From assembly GCA_951406725.2 (NCBI GenBank), contig OX597814.1, positions 190,526,001 through 190,590,000 on the forward strand: DNA of 64,000 nucleotides, read 5' to 3'. The notes beneath the pieces are model-generated. The model saw nothing but the letters and a program-made list of their open reading frames with translations, was not told where the DNA came from and did no database searches. Made by a program: the position numbers and the translations under genes. This document shows positions 23,535 through 36,586 of this stretch, one piece after another (positions within the stretch are counted from its first letter, which is position 1; the number at the start of each line of letters is the position of its first letter). The DNA comes from Octopus vulgaris. Its lineage: Eukaryota.

Positions 23535-23890
23535 TCTTTTACTCTTTTACTTGTTTCAGTCATTTGACTGCGGCCATGCTGGAGCACCGCCTTTTTAGTA
23601 CTTATTCTATCGGTCTCTTTTTGCCGAACCGCTAAGTGACGGGGACGTAAACACACCAGCATCGGTTGTCAAGCAATGCTAGGGGGACAAACACACACAT
23701 ACATATTTCTATATACATATATACGACAGGCTTCTTTCAGTTTCCGTCTACCAAATCCACTCACAAGGCATTGGTCGGCCCGGGGCTATAGCAGAAGACA
23801 CTTGCCCAAGATGCCACGCAGTGGGACTGAACCCGCAACCATGTGGTTGGTTAGCAAGCTACTTACCACACAGCCACTCCTGCGCCTATA
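23535..23890 (-). mobile_element. Family A SINE
   Basis: Reverse complement of the family A consensus, tail region partly deleted. Confidence 0.9.
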
Positions 23891-24409
23891 TGCGATGATA
23901 TGATAAATTAAGTAAAATCCGGTTCTTTTAACTGATGCTGGTGTCACATAAAACAACCCATGCTAGTGCCACGTAGAAGACACCCAGTACACACTGTAAA
24001 GGGGTTAGTGTTAGGAAGGGCATCCAGCCACAGAAACCATACTAAAACAGACAACTGAGGCTTGAGGAGCTCTCCAGCTGGCCAGCTCCCATCAAATCAT
24101 TCAGCTTACGCCTGCATGGAAAACAGACATTAAATGATGATAATGATCTGGGTGAAATTTGGCTGCTATTTCTAACAAACTCAACAGCCACATACAAGTT
24201 CACACACTGGCTTCTATTTATAAATGTAACCTCAAGCCTCAGTTGTCTGTTTTGGTATGCTTTCTATGGCTTTCTATTTGGCCATGTTAACTCTGAAACG
24301 TTACCAAAGGAGAAGCCACCTCTACTACCTCGTGCCTCATTTCATTAACTATTAGATCAGAAATACCATCACAGCCATTAACAAACATAAGAAAACAACA
24401 ACAGCTTAC

Positions 24410-24563
24410 CCTGAGTGCAATTACAAACATAGCCAGTCAAGTCAGCATTATTTGAACAGTTTCCCCTTCCACTACAGGTAGTATTCTCACAGAAATCTCT
24501 CTTAATTTCACATTCTTTGCCTTCAAAGCCTTGATCACATGAGCAGTTGAAAACTTCAAAAGT
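24410..24563 (-). CDS. crb: Crumbs exon: end of one EGF plus next EGF
   Basis: ctccag|ACT TTT...CAG G|gtaagc; 154 nt, phase 0 to 1; TFEVFNCSCDQGFEGKECEIKRDFCENTTCSGRGNC...CNCTQ. Confidence 0.92.
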
Positions 24564-25501
24564 CTGGAGTAGAAGAAGAAGAAAATAGATAAATAAAGAA
24601 ATGAATAGATAAATAAATAAATCAATCAAAGAAACTATTTTTAATGAGAAAGACATTTTCAAAATTCCCAAGTGAGCAAGAAGGTTTTATTCTTTTACTT
24701 GTTTCAGTCATTTGACTGTGGCCATGCTGGAGCACCGCCTTTAGTCGAGCAAATCGACCCCAGGACTTATTCTTTGTAAGCCTAGTACTTATTCTATCAG
24801 TCTCTTTTGCCGAACTGCTAAGTTATGGGGATGTAAACATACCAGCATCGGTTGTCAAGCGATGTTGTGGGGACAAACACTGACACAAATATATATATAT
24901 GTATATATATATGACGGGCTTCTTCCAGTTTCCCTCTACTAAATCCACTCACAAGGCTTTGGTCTGCCCGAAGCTATAGTAACAGACGCTTGCCCAAGAT
25001 GTCACACAGTGGGACTGAACCCAGAACCATGTGGTTGGTAAGCAAGCTACTCACCACACAGCCACTCCTGTGCATATAGTAGGTAAACTAATGTAGCCAT
25101 GTTGGTATTTATCCTTTTTTTTTTTTACTAGTTTCATTCATTCAATTGCAGCCATGCTGGAGCACCGTCTTTAGTCAAACAAATCGACCGCAGGACTTAT
25201 TCTTTGTAAGCTCAGTACTTATTCTATTGGTCTATTTTGCTGAACCGCTAAGTTACAGTGACGTAAGCACACCAACATCGGTTGTCAAATGATGGTGGTG
25301 GGGAAAAACACACACATATATATAAAATGGGCTTGTTTCAGTTTCCATCTACCAAATCCACTCACAAGGCTTTGGTCAGCCCAAGGCTATAGTAGAAGAC
25401 ACTTGCCCAAGGTTCCACACAGTGGGACTGAACTCGGAGCCATGTGGTTGGTAAGCAAGTTACTTACCAAACCACACTTGTCGTATATATATATGTATAT
25501 A

Positions 25502-25549
<48 letters not shown>

Positions 25550-26699
25550 CATGTATGTTTGTGTGTCTGTGTTTCAATCATTGGACTGCAGCCATGATCA
25601 TCTGTATATCATCACTTACACACTGAAATGTATGGTGGGTGCCATACAAATTGATCAAGAAGGGACTTAGATTTGGCTCAGATTGGTTCAGACTGTTTTC
25701 AAGTACGACGTGGAGCAAATGCAGATTTGCTGTTAGCAACAGCATCAAAGCAAGGGTAACAGAGAGAAGAGAGCTTCATTTGACTCAATGCCAGTGCCAC
25801 CAGACGTAGGCTCAAAGCATCAAAGACTCTTCAGTTTTCCCTGAACATCAAACTAATACATCTTGTTTGTTGTTCCCTCACTTGTCTGTGCCTTCTGTTT
25901 TTTGCATATCATACATCATGCATGCATGTATGATGTATATATGAGGGGGTGCTGAAAAGTTCCTGGCTTTGGGTAAAAGAAAATACAGGAGGGTCAGTTA
26001 GCTATGGTTTAATTGAACATATTCCTCTCTCCGATTCACACACTTATTGCAGGAATCCTTCAGCTTTTTTAAGACTTGTAGAAGAACTCAGGCCTCCACC
26101 AGGTCTTTTGTGATAACCTTAAAGCCAGGAACTTTTCAGCAGCCCCTCATCTGTATGTCTTCATTTACACACTGAGACATATGGTGGGTGCCATACAAAT
26201 TGATCAAAAAGGGACTTAGATTCGGCTCAGATTGGTTCAGACTGTTTTCAAGTATGATGTGGATCAAATGCAGATTTGCTGTTAGCAACAGCATCAAAGC
26301 AAGGGTAACAGAGAGAAGAGAGCTTCATCTGACTCAATGCCAGTGCCACCAGACTGGCTCCTGTGCTGGTGGCACGTCAAAGGCACCATACGAGCGTGGT
26401 CGATGCCAGTGCCGCCTGACTGGTTCCTGTACTGGTGGCATGTAAAAAGCACCATTCAAGCATGGTCAACACCAGTGCAACATCAGTGCACTGCTGTGCC
26501 AGTGACACATAAAAAGCATCTACTACATTCTCAGAGTGGTTGGCATTAGGAAGGCATCCAGCTGTAGAAACCTTCCCAGATCAGATTGGAGCCTAGTACA
26601 GCCTCCTGGCCTACCAGTCCTCAGTCAAACCATCTAACACATGCCAGCATGGAAAGTGGACATTAAACAATGATGATGATGCTGATGATGACGGAGGAA

Positions 26700-26962
26700 C
26701 ACATAATTGAGAGAAAAATGAGTTGGAGTGAAATATGGAAGTGAAGTCATGCCTGAGTTTACTGATTTGTTCATCTTACAATACCTTGCTATCACCTACA
26801 AACCTAGCGAGAGAGAATGTAACAGAGAATGATAAATGCAGATACAGGAAGGTTGGAACACTGAAACATATTCTTTCCAACAGTTCACTGGCATTAGATA
26901 GATTTACCTGGAATCACAATCTGGTCCTTAAGGTCCTCTTCAATGATACAAAGAACCAAATT
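26700..26962 (+). mobile_element. HERO/NeSL-type (RLE) non-LTR retrotransposon fragment
   Basis: LLICSSYNTLLSPTNL...DKC...GTLKHILSNSSLALDRFTWNHNLVLKVL resembles the zinc-knuckle/RHN region of RLE elements. Confidence 0.7.
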
Positions 26963-27479
26963 GCTCTCATCATCATCGTTCATAACGTCCGCTTTCCATG
27001 CTAGCATGGGTTGGACGATTTGACTGAGGACTAGCGAACCAGATGGCTGCACCAGGCTCCACTCTGATCTGGCAGAGTTTCTACAGCTGGATGTCCTTCC
27101 TAATGCCAACCACTCCGAGAGTGTAGTGTGTCCTTTTATATGCCACTGGCACGAGGGCCATGCTGGCAACGGCCATGCTAAAATGGTGTTTTTTACATGC
27201 CACCTGCACAGGAGCCAGTCCAGAAGCACTGGCAATGACCTTGCTCGAATATTTTTTCAAGTGCCAGTAAGGTGGTGCTGGTAACGATCACGCTTGAATG
27301 ATGCTTTTAATGTGTCACCGGCACGGAAACCAGTCAGCTGCTCTGGCAATGTTCATGAGTGCCCTATCCAGAAAAAGATTTCTTTATATGTGTTTAACTC
27401 CATAAAAACTAGAGATAAGTGTTGGTTTCTGAGATATTTGTGGTTAGTGAAAGGAAATAGTTAAATTAAGTTAATTTTT

Positions 27480-27890
27480 TGGCTCAAAAAGCAAAAGCAA
27501 GGCCATAAAGGGGGCCATGGAATTATGTACAGGGAGGGTGTTCATGCAAAGAGTTCAGGCCATTTCTGGTCAAGAGAGACTTTGAACCGAGCGGTCGTCG
27601 GCATCTTCACTATCTCGTCCGGCAGCTTATTCCCCAGATCCACAACCCGGAAGGAGAAAGCCCCTCTCCTTCAATTGAGATGAAATCGTCGCAGATAGAG
27701 CTTTTCGGAGTGACTCTGCAGCCGACGCTCTGGAGCAGGAGTGAAGAACAGCTCTTTCGAGAGGTTACACTTTCTGCTTATGTTGTGAGCGAGAATGAGA
27801 TCACCACGGCGTTGTCGTTTTTCTAGAGAATAAAGGTCGAGCATCTTCAGCCTTTCTTCATACGACAAATGCTTGAGACCAAGAACCAAA
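27480..27890 (-). mobile_element. CR1 LINE 3' fragment
   Basis: GLKHLSYEERLKMLDLYSLEKRQRRGDLI is typical of the CR1 ORF2 C-terminus. Confidence 0.88.
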
Positions 27891-27955
27891 TATTCCAAAA
27901 AACTGGAAACTGAAGTAGCAACAAAAACAACAAAAATACTAGGAACAAAACTTAC

Positions 27956-28033
27956 CCTTCCAGAATTGTCTGTGTAATTAAGATAATTGCAAGTTCCATT
28001 TTTACAATTAGTTTTGGTGCATGTTTCATTGAT
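27956..28033 (-). CDS. crb: Crumbs exon: N-terminal half of an EGF repeat (most 5' exon found)
   Basis: tttcag|ATC...GGA AGG|gtaagt; 78 nt, phase 0 to 0; INETCTKTNCKNGTCNYLNYTDNSGR supplies C1-C3 for the CxC..G..C of the next exon. Confidence 0.88.
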
Positions 28034-30516
28034 CTGAAATGATGACAAAACAAAAATTTAATATTTTAATAAATGAAAACAAAAATAATAATAAATAGAT
28101 TTTAAAGTCAATTTGAAATTTATTTGTTCTTTGTTTTAAAACCAAAGTGGTTTTAAAACTACTGAGGTAGATTGAGCCCAAAGTCTGTGGTAAATTTTAT
28201 GGTGTAAGAAAGACTACTCCTAGCAAGTGTATGGCTGGCTGTAAATTCCCGACAAATATCCATTCCAGTTATATTAATCACTAGTACTTCTGGATTAACT
28301 TAAAAGTCATTCAGTCCTTTTCTCTCTTTGCTTATAAATCTGAGTCTTAATGTCTGGCCTGTAGGAGATGAAATCTTTATGTATTGTTAATATCTCCAGG
28401 TTTATTGTAAAGTATTCATGGTTATAATACAAAGCTGTAACTGAGAATTAAAAGAAAGGTAAAGAAATGCTTATAATATACAATAAACAAGTAACTACAA
28501 TACAAAGTAAAGATGTGAATTATTTTATCAGGTAATGAATAGAAATTGAAAACTGGTGGCTGTCGCTGGAAAGACATAGAAATGTTTGTGAACAAAAGTT
28601 TTCAGCAAAAGCATACACAGACATGGCTGTGTGGTAAGAAGCTTATTTCCCAACCACATGGTCCCAGGTTCAATCTCACAATGTGGCACTTTGGGTAAGT
28701 GTCTTCTACTATAGCCTTGGGTTGTGGATTTGGTAGACAGAAACTGAAAGGAGCTCATCATATGTATGTAGGTGTGTGTGTGTGTGTGTGCGTGTGTGTG
28801 TGTATGTATGTAATGAAGGCGTGTGACTTAGTGGTTAGGGCATTCAGCTCACAATTATAAGGTCATGAGTTCAATTCCTGGTGACCTGTTGTGTCCTTGA
28901 GCAAGGCATTTTATTTCACATTGCTCCAGTCCACTCAGCTGGCAAAAATGAATAGTACCTGTATTTCAAAGGGTCAGCCTAGTCACACTATGTGTCATGC
29001 TGAGTCTCTCTGAGAACTATGTTAAGGGTATATGTGTCTTTGGAGTGCTCAGCCACTTCCACGTTAATTTCACGAGCAAGCTGTTCCATTGATTGTATCA
29101 GCTGGGACACTCGTATGGTTGTGTGTTAAGAAGCTTACTTCCCAACCACATGGTTCCGGGTTCAGTCCCACTGCGTGGTACCTTTGGCAAGTGTCTTCTA
29201 CTATAGCCTCGGGCCGACCAAAGCCTTGTGAGATAATTTGGTAGATGGAAACTGAAAGAAGCCTGTCATATATGTGTGTGTGAGTGTGTGTGTGTGTCTG
29301 TCTGTGTCTCCCCACTACTGCTTGACAACCAGTATTGGTGTGTTTATGTCCCTGTAACTTAGCAATTTAGCAAAAGAGACCGACAGAATAAGTACCAGGC
29401 TTCAAAAAAAAAACACAAACAAAAAAATAGACTGGATAGGAGTGGCAGGGGACGATTCATTCAACAAAAAATTCAAGGTGGTGCCCCAGCATGGCCACAG
29501 TCAAATGACTGAAACATGTAAAAGATAAAAACCTTTAGAATAATAAAAAGAAAGAAGGGCCATAATCCAATCAACAAATGGAAATTACTACTGTGACCTC
29601 GTTATCAAGAATACAATGTTGGTATTAAGAAAAGATGGGATTACAAGTATATAAGAATGTCTATTAAATTCAATAAGTCTGAGTCCCTTAGATTACAGAA
29701 TATCAGAGGTTGGCTACTAGATAACAATACTTGTATGGTTCACTATTATTATAAAACTAGATTCAGCAGGTAGTGAACAAAAGTTTTCAGCAAAAGCATA
29801 CACAGATGCAGGCATGGCTGTGTGGTAAGAAGCTAACTTCCCAATCACATGGTCCCAGGTTCAATCCCACTATATGGCACCTTGGGCTGACCAAAGCCTT
29901 GTGAGTGGATTTGGTAGACAGAAACTGAAAGGAGCCCATCGTATGTATGTATGTAGTGAAGGCATGTGACTTAATGGTTAGGGCATTCAGCTCACAATCA
30001 TGAGGTTGTGAGTTCAATTCCTGGCGACAATAGTCTTCTATGAAGCTATATGACTATATGAAGGAATGTGGCTTTGGGTCATAGAAAATATAGAAGGATC
30101 AGTTAATTATGATTTTATCCAAAATATTCCCCTCTCAGATTCACACATTCACTGCACCAGTCCTACGATTTTTCTAAGCCGAACTAAAGAATAATCAACA
30201 ACTTCAGTGACTTTTATTGCACTTCTATATTTGCAACTATTTTCATAAATCAATAATTCTCCATAAACCATTTTTCTTTTGTTAATATTGAAATAAAAAC
30301 AAAAAAAAAGTTTGTTTTTTTTTAAATTTTACAAATTTAAAATTTGACAGGTGCAGGGGTGGCTGTGTGGTAAGTAGCTTGCTAACCAACCACATGGTTC
30401 CGGGTTCAGTCCCACTGTGTGGCATCTTGGGCAAGTGTCTTCTGCTATAGCCCCGGGCCGACCAATGCCTTGTGAGTGGATTTGGTAGACGGAAACTGAA
30501 AGAAGCCTGTCGTATA

Positions 30517-30813
30517 TCTCTCTCTATATAAACGGCAGTTTGTCTGTGCGTGTTTCTGTGTGTCTGTTTGCTTGTCCCCCCTGACCACGCATTCTGATGA
30601 AACTTGACAACCGAATGCTGGTGTGTTTGAAAAGAATCGTAAATTCCATGGGGTCCAGAATCAGAAACACAAACTGTCTAGGGACGCAACTCCACCTTTT
30701 TAACTAAAAAAAAATTTACCATAATTTTTTTCCATTTTTTGCTATTTTTTGGCTATAACTTGCTTTATAGTTATTTCCTTACAAACCTGAGCAACGCCGG
30801 GCGATACTGCTAG
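30517..30813 (+). mobile_element. Non-autonomous Helitron nested in a family A SINE (30348-31168)
   Basis: A|TC start, subterminal hairpin cctgagcaacgccggg, CTAG|T end, no TSD. Confidence 0.75.
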
Positions 30814-32149
30814 TATGTATATAGAAATATGTATGTGTGTGTTTGTGTTTGTCCCCCTGCATTGCTTGACAACCGATGCTGGTGTGTTTACGTCCCCATC
30901 ACTTAGCGGTTTGGAAAAGAGACATAGAAGGACCAAACAGAGCTCTGTGCTTTAAATTATTTAGATATTTTAGAGTTCTTATTAACCTTTTAACAATAAA
31001 ATTAAAATCCATGCTGGTGTGTTTACGTCCCCATCACTTAGCGGTTTGGAAAAAGAGTACAGGGTTTACAGAGAATAAGTCCCGGGTCGATTTGCTTGAC
31101 TAAAGGCGGTGCTCCAGCATGGCCGCAGTCAAAATGACTGAAACAAGTAAAAGAGTAAGAGTAAAGAGTATATATGTATATATATGTGTGTGTGTGTGTA
31201 TGATTGTGTGTCTGTGTTTGACCCCCCAACATCACTTGAGAACCGATGCTGCTTTGACAAAATGGTGGATGATTTGAGAGAAGAGGAAGTGGCTTTATAC
31301 CAGGTACTGAAAGGCTGAAATATCATAGAAGGACCGAACAGAGCTCTGTGCTTTAAATTATTTAGATATTTTAGAGTTCTTATTAACCTTTTAACAATAA
31401 AATTAAAATCCATGGTTATTCAAGTAATGATTTTTTATATTCATGCGTCCTTTTCAAGCCTAGCCAGGCTCATGGGCCCGGTTTCCAGGTTTCTATGGCC
31501 TATGTGTCCCCCCCAGCTGGACGGGGCGCCAGTCCATCACAGCGTTACTCAAGAAAGAGGAAGAGAGAGTGAAAGAAAGTTGGGGCGAAAGAGTACAACA
31601 GGGGTAGCCACTACCCCCTGCCGGAGCCTCGTGGAACTTTAGGTGTTTTCACTCAAACACACACAACGCCCGGTCTGGGAATCGAAATCGCGATCCTCCG
31701 ACCGCGTGTCTGCTGCCCTAAGCACTGAGCCATTGCGCCTCCACTCAAGTAATGATGCTGAATATTTTTTAAAAAATAGAAATAGTATTTTCTGCAAGTC
31801 AGGTTGCCTCAACATGTCTCAAAAAAAAAATAAATATTTTCAAATGTGACATTCCACATTGAAATATAATGAAAGTTCTGAGTGGATATATTTGATTTTA
31901 TGGACCTACATTTGAGAGAAACATCAGTAAGTCAGTCTTCCTACACACCCTTTTACAATGACAAATAGCAGGAAGAAGAAAATTAAAACAAATAAAATCA
32001 CCAATCAAAATGTTCAATCCAACCAAATCTTGAAACTAAAGTTCAAATTACAAACCAAGTAAACAACTGTAAATGGTAAAAATATTAAGTTTTAATGATA
32101 TGTCACGATCAAGTGACTCACTTGAAAATTTCTTGATATTTTATCTACA

Positions 32150-33702
32150 CATGAAGCTAGTAGGCTCCACCTGATGTGTAATATCAGTGTGCATAGACAG
32201 AGTGTAAGCGTCCTGAGAGAAAAGTTGGACATTAGAAGCATCAGTTGTGGTGTGCAAGAGAGACAATGGCACTGGTATGGCCATGTGATGCATATGGATG
32301 AGGACAGAGCTGGCAGAAACGTTAGCACGCCGGGCAAAATGCTTAGAGGCATTTCGTCTGTCTTTACGTTCTGAGTTCAAATTCCGCCGAGGTCGACTTT
32401 GCCTTTCATCCTTTCGGGGTCAATTAAATAAGTACCAGTTACGCACTGGGGTCGATATAATCGACTTAATCCGTTTGTCTGTCCTTGTTTGTCCCCTCTG
32501 TGTGTAGCCCCTTGTGGGCAGTAAAGAAATAAGTTGTGTGAAGAAGTGTCACACACTAACAGTGTAGGGAACCTGTGGAAGAGGTAGACCTAGGGAAGAC
32601 ATGGAACGAGGTGGTGAAGCACGACTTTCAAACGCTGTGCCTCACAGACAAGTGACTGAGGCCTTTGGGGATATGCCGTGCTTGAAAAGACCCAGCAAGC
32701 CAATAAGATTATAGTCATGGCCAATGCCAGTGTCACATAACTGGTCCATTTAAAAGCACCCTTCAATCGTTGGGCAATATACTGTGCTTGTGAAGATCTG
32801 CTGAACCGAGTGAAATCATAGTTGTGACTGATGCCAGTGCCACCTGACTTGCGCCTGTGCTGGTAGCATGTAAAATGCACCATTTGAGTGTGGCCAATGC
32901 CAGTGCCACTAGACTGACACTTAAAAAGCACCATTTGAGTGTGGCTGATGCCAGTACCACCTGACTGGAATCCATGCCAGTGGCACATAAAATGCACCAT
33001 TTGAGTGTGGCTGATGCCAGTGCCACCTGACTGGCACCTGTGCCAGTGACATGTAAAAAGCACCATTTGAGTGTGGCCGATGCCAGTGCCGCTTGACTGG
33101 AATCCATGCCAGTGGCACATAAAATGCACCATTTGAGTGTGGATGATGCCAGTGCCATTTGACTGGCACCCGTGCCAGTGACATGTAAAAAGCACCATTT
33201 GAGTGTGGCCGATGCCAGTGCCGCTTGACTGGAATCCATGCCAGTGGCACATAAAATGCACCATTTGAGTGTGGATGATGCCAGTGCCATTTGACTGGCA
33301 CCCGTGCCAGTGACATGTAGAAAGCACCATTTGAGTGTGACCAATGCCAGTGCCTCCTGACTGAAATCCATGCCAGTGGCACATAAAAGGCATCGTTTGA
33401 GCACTGCTGATGCCAGTGCCACCTGACTGGCTCCCGTGTTGGTGGCACCTAAACTGGTATCCGTGCCAGTGGCATGTAAAAAGCACCATTTGAGCATGGC
33501 CAACGCTAGTGCTGCCTGATGGCATGTAAAAGCATCCACTACACTCTCAGAGTAGTTGGCATAGGAAGGGTATCTAGCTGTAGAAACCTTGCCAAATCAG
33601 ATTGGAGCCATGTGCAGCCTCCCAGCTGGCCAGTTCTCAGTCAAACTGTCCAACCCATGCCAGCATGGAAAGCAGACATTAAATGACAGTGATGATGATG
33701 AT
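32150..33702 (+). mobile_element. RTE LINE 3' end with a family B SINE in the ORF and an expanded 66-bp tandem array in the 3' UTR
   Basis: LREKLDIRSISCGVQERQWHWYGHVMHMDED resumes after 32531; ends in aggaagggtatctagctgtagaaac...(GAT)n. Confidence 0.88.
32825..33530. repeat. 66-bp minisatellite, about 10 units, alternating A/B variants
   Basis: Unit starts at 32941 and 33007; 22-aa and 44-aa periodicity in the spurious ORFs. Confidence 0.92.
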
Positions 33703-36433
33703 CACAGTGTACAACTTATGGATCAAACTACAGGTGCACTAGCATATTAGATGCTCGATGCAATTTCAGCAATACATATTCAGCAAATCAAGGTTGCAAG
33801 ACGCAACGAAAATTTTAGGAAAATAAAAATAAAAATAAAAAATAAGTGGAAATTTTACGGGTGAGTGTGTTACATTACAAGGCACAAAAAGAAAATGACT
33901 TCCCACCCAGACACAACAGAATATGCTTCAACACACAAACTCATATGAAGAATCTTGCAAACGAAATCCAAAAATGAAATAACACTATATGTTTATAAGA
34001 GATACTTTCTCAAGATGAATACCGCAGTTTAGTAAGGCTTTCAATATAGACACACCTTTCAATATTTATACAGATTGCTAATTTAGAAAAAAAGTATTTA
34101 ACATGTGAAGAAACAAAAATGCAGTGATGTAGTTTATTATGCAAAAATGTTTAATTAGATTTAGGAATGCTGTCAAACAAGAGTTTTGTGTTAGTGTTTA
34201 GGTATGTTGTAAGATGTTTCTAACGGAAGAAAACTTGCTTGTCAGACACCTGAGAAGGAGATCAACAGGAACTAAAGAATGTGGCTAATTGAGAAATAAA
34301 TTAATTTATAATTAATTTGGGTGCATGTGTGGTCGTGTGGTAAGAAGTTTTCTACCCAGTGGGTTCAGTTCCACCGTGCAGCATCTTGGATGAGCATTTT
34401 CTGCTATAGTTCAAGGTTGATGAAAGCCTTATGAGTAGATTTGGTACTCAGAATCCCAATGTGTGTGTGTGTGTGTCTGTGTGTGTTAGTGTCAGCTTCA
34501 CTTGACATCATGTGATAGTAGTAAGCGAGTGTCAGCATCATGCAAGTGTTACCTTTTGTTTCCAGTCTACAGTGGAAACATGTTTGGCTTTGGGGAAATA
34601 TTACCTTACTTTGAAGCAGGTGAGAGTTGGCAACAAAAAGGGCATCAAGTTATAGAAAACCTATTTCAACATAATTCCATCTAACCCATGCTAGCATGGA
34701 AAAGTAGATGTTATGATGATGATGATGATGACAATGATGATCAATTCCAGTACTGGCTGAGACCCCCTTTAGTCATGACTGACCATGGGATTGCACCAAG
34801 AGAGTTACCTTCCTAGGCACAAGTCCAGGCAATGTTGTTTGTGGAATACCAGCAGTCGCCCATGCATACCAGCCTCTCCTCTCCACACTACCAGTGTTAT
34901 CCAAAGGAAAGGCAACGGCCGATACAGCTTGGCACCTGTGACATCACAACTTATTTCTACAGCTGAGTGAACTGGAGTAACGCGAAATAAAGTGTCTTGC
35001 TCAAGAACACAACATGCAGCCTGGTCCAGGATTCGAACTCACAACCTCGATTGTAAGCTCGACGCTCTAACCACTGAGCCATGCGCCTTCACAATTCCAG
35101 TACTTGACTGGTATTTTATTTTATTTATTGACTATGAATGTATAAAAAGCAAAGCTGATCTGAACGGGATTTGAACTCAGGACAGAGAGCCAGAAGGAAT
35201 ACTAAATACTACAAAACATTTTCTGATACTCTAATGATTCAGCCAAAACATTTCTCTAATTATAACAGCAATAATGAAGATGATGTCACTAATATGAAAG
35301 TATTATTAATAAGTTATCTAAATAAGCTCACTGACAACTGCTTGAAGCAATAGACTGATATATAATGACAAACTGAAGCAGCTGTAGCTGATTATTAAGC
35401 TAATCACTAATGACTGTATCAATTAAAAAAAGAGAAATTCAAAACTTCTCTCTTTTTGAGCAGCTTATCCCTTTTTGACAACAATAGAAGTTTAGCTATC
35501 AAATTATCTCAGCAAAACAAAAGCAATAACCTAATTAAAAAGATTATATGGATTCTTAATTGAAAAGGAGATTTTTTTTTTTTTACCTGTCGAGAGACAT
35601 TTATAGTATGCTAATTAAACAATTACCATGCCAACAGGACAACTGTTCGAAACAACAGTCTAAATTAAATTTTTTAATCCTTGCATTAATCTTTCTAATA
35701 ACCAATTACCCTAACAGAAAGGGTGATGTCATTAAGGAGTACTTTGTACCCAGGTGGTCCAAGGTTCTGTACCGATACATGGGTTTAGTTAGGGGTGTCA
35801 CTCAGCATAGGGTCAGGTTGACAAATATATTATGAGAGGAATTTGATAGGTGGAAACTGTGCAGAAGCTTATAATAGTCATGTGTATATCAATATCAAAT
35901 TTCCATGCTGACAGGAGTTGAACAATTTGACAGGAGCCAGTAAAGCCAGAAGCCACAACAGGCTTTGTCTATTTTGCCATGGTTTTTACGGTTGGATGTC
36001 ATTCCTAACACCAACCACTTTACAGAGTATACTGGGTGCTATATACGTGGCACCAGCATCTATATATATGTACCAGTGCTGTGTAAAAACACCAGTGCCA
36101 GTGCTATAGAAAAGCACCTGTGCTGGTGCCACCCAGTACACTCTGCAAAGTGGTTGGCATTAGGAAGGGCATCCAGCAATGGAAACCATGTCAAAACAGT
36201 ACCAATTGGAGCCTGGTGCAGCTCTCCGGCTGGTCAGTTCCTGTCAAACCATCCAACCCATACCAGCATGGAGAACGGACATTAAAAGATGATGATGAGT
36301 GTCTATCTATCTATCTATCTATATATATACATATATATATATATAGTTAATCCAAACAAGAAAGCACAAAAAAAACACAACGTGAGGACGTGGAACAAAT
36401 ATAGTATTATTAGATGCTCAGGAAAGAAAGAGG

Positions 36434-36468
36434 GTTTAACGTTTCGAGCGGAGCTCTTCGTCGGAAAC
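36434..36468 (-). ncRNA. Minimal hammerhead-like motif (U4C) in a Penelope-like remnant about 36345-36550
   Basis: GTTT-CCGACGA-A-GAGC tcc GCTC-GAAA-CG-TT-AAAC. Confidence 0.62.
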
Positions 36469-36555
36469 ATAGGAGAAGGAAAGATCCAAAGAAGGGAAGA
36501 CAGAGGAAAAAAAAAAAATCGCCAACGGTACACACGAGGTCACATTTTAAAATAC

Positions 36556-36586
<31 letters not shown>

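Noticed and set aside
32590-33539. Long 311, 258 and 175-aa repetitive ORFs; array superficially CRISPR-like
   Set aside because: Products of a stop-free 66-bp tandem unit in a LINE 3' UTR; no unique spacers, no cas genes, eukaryotic context.
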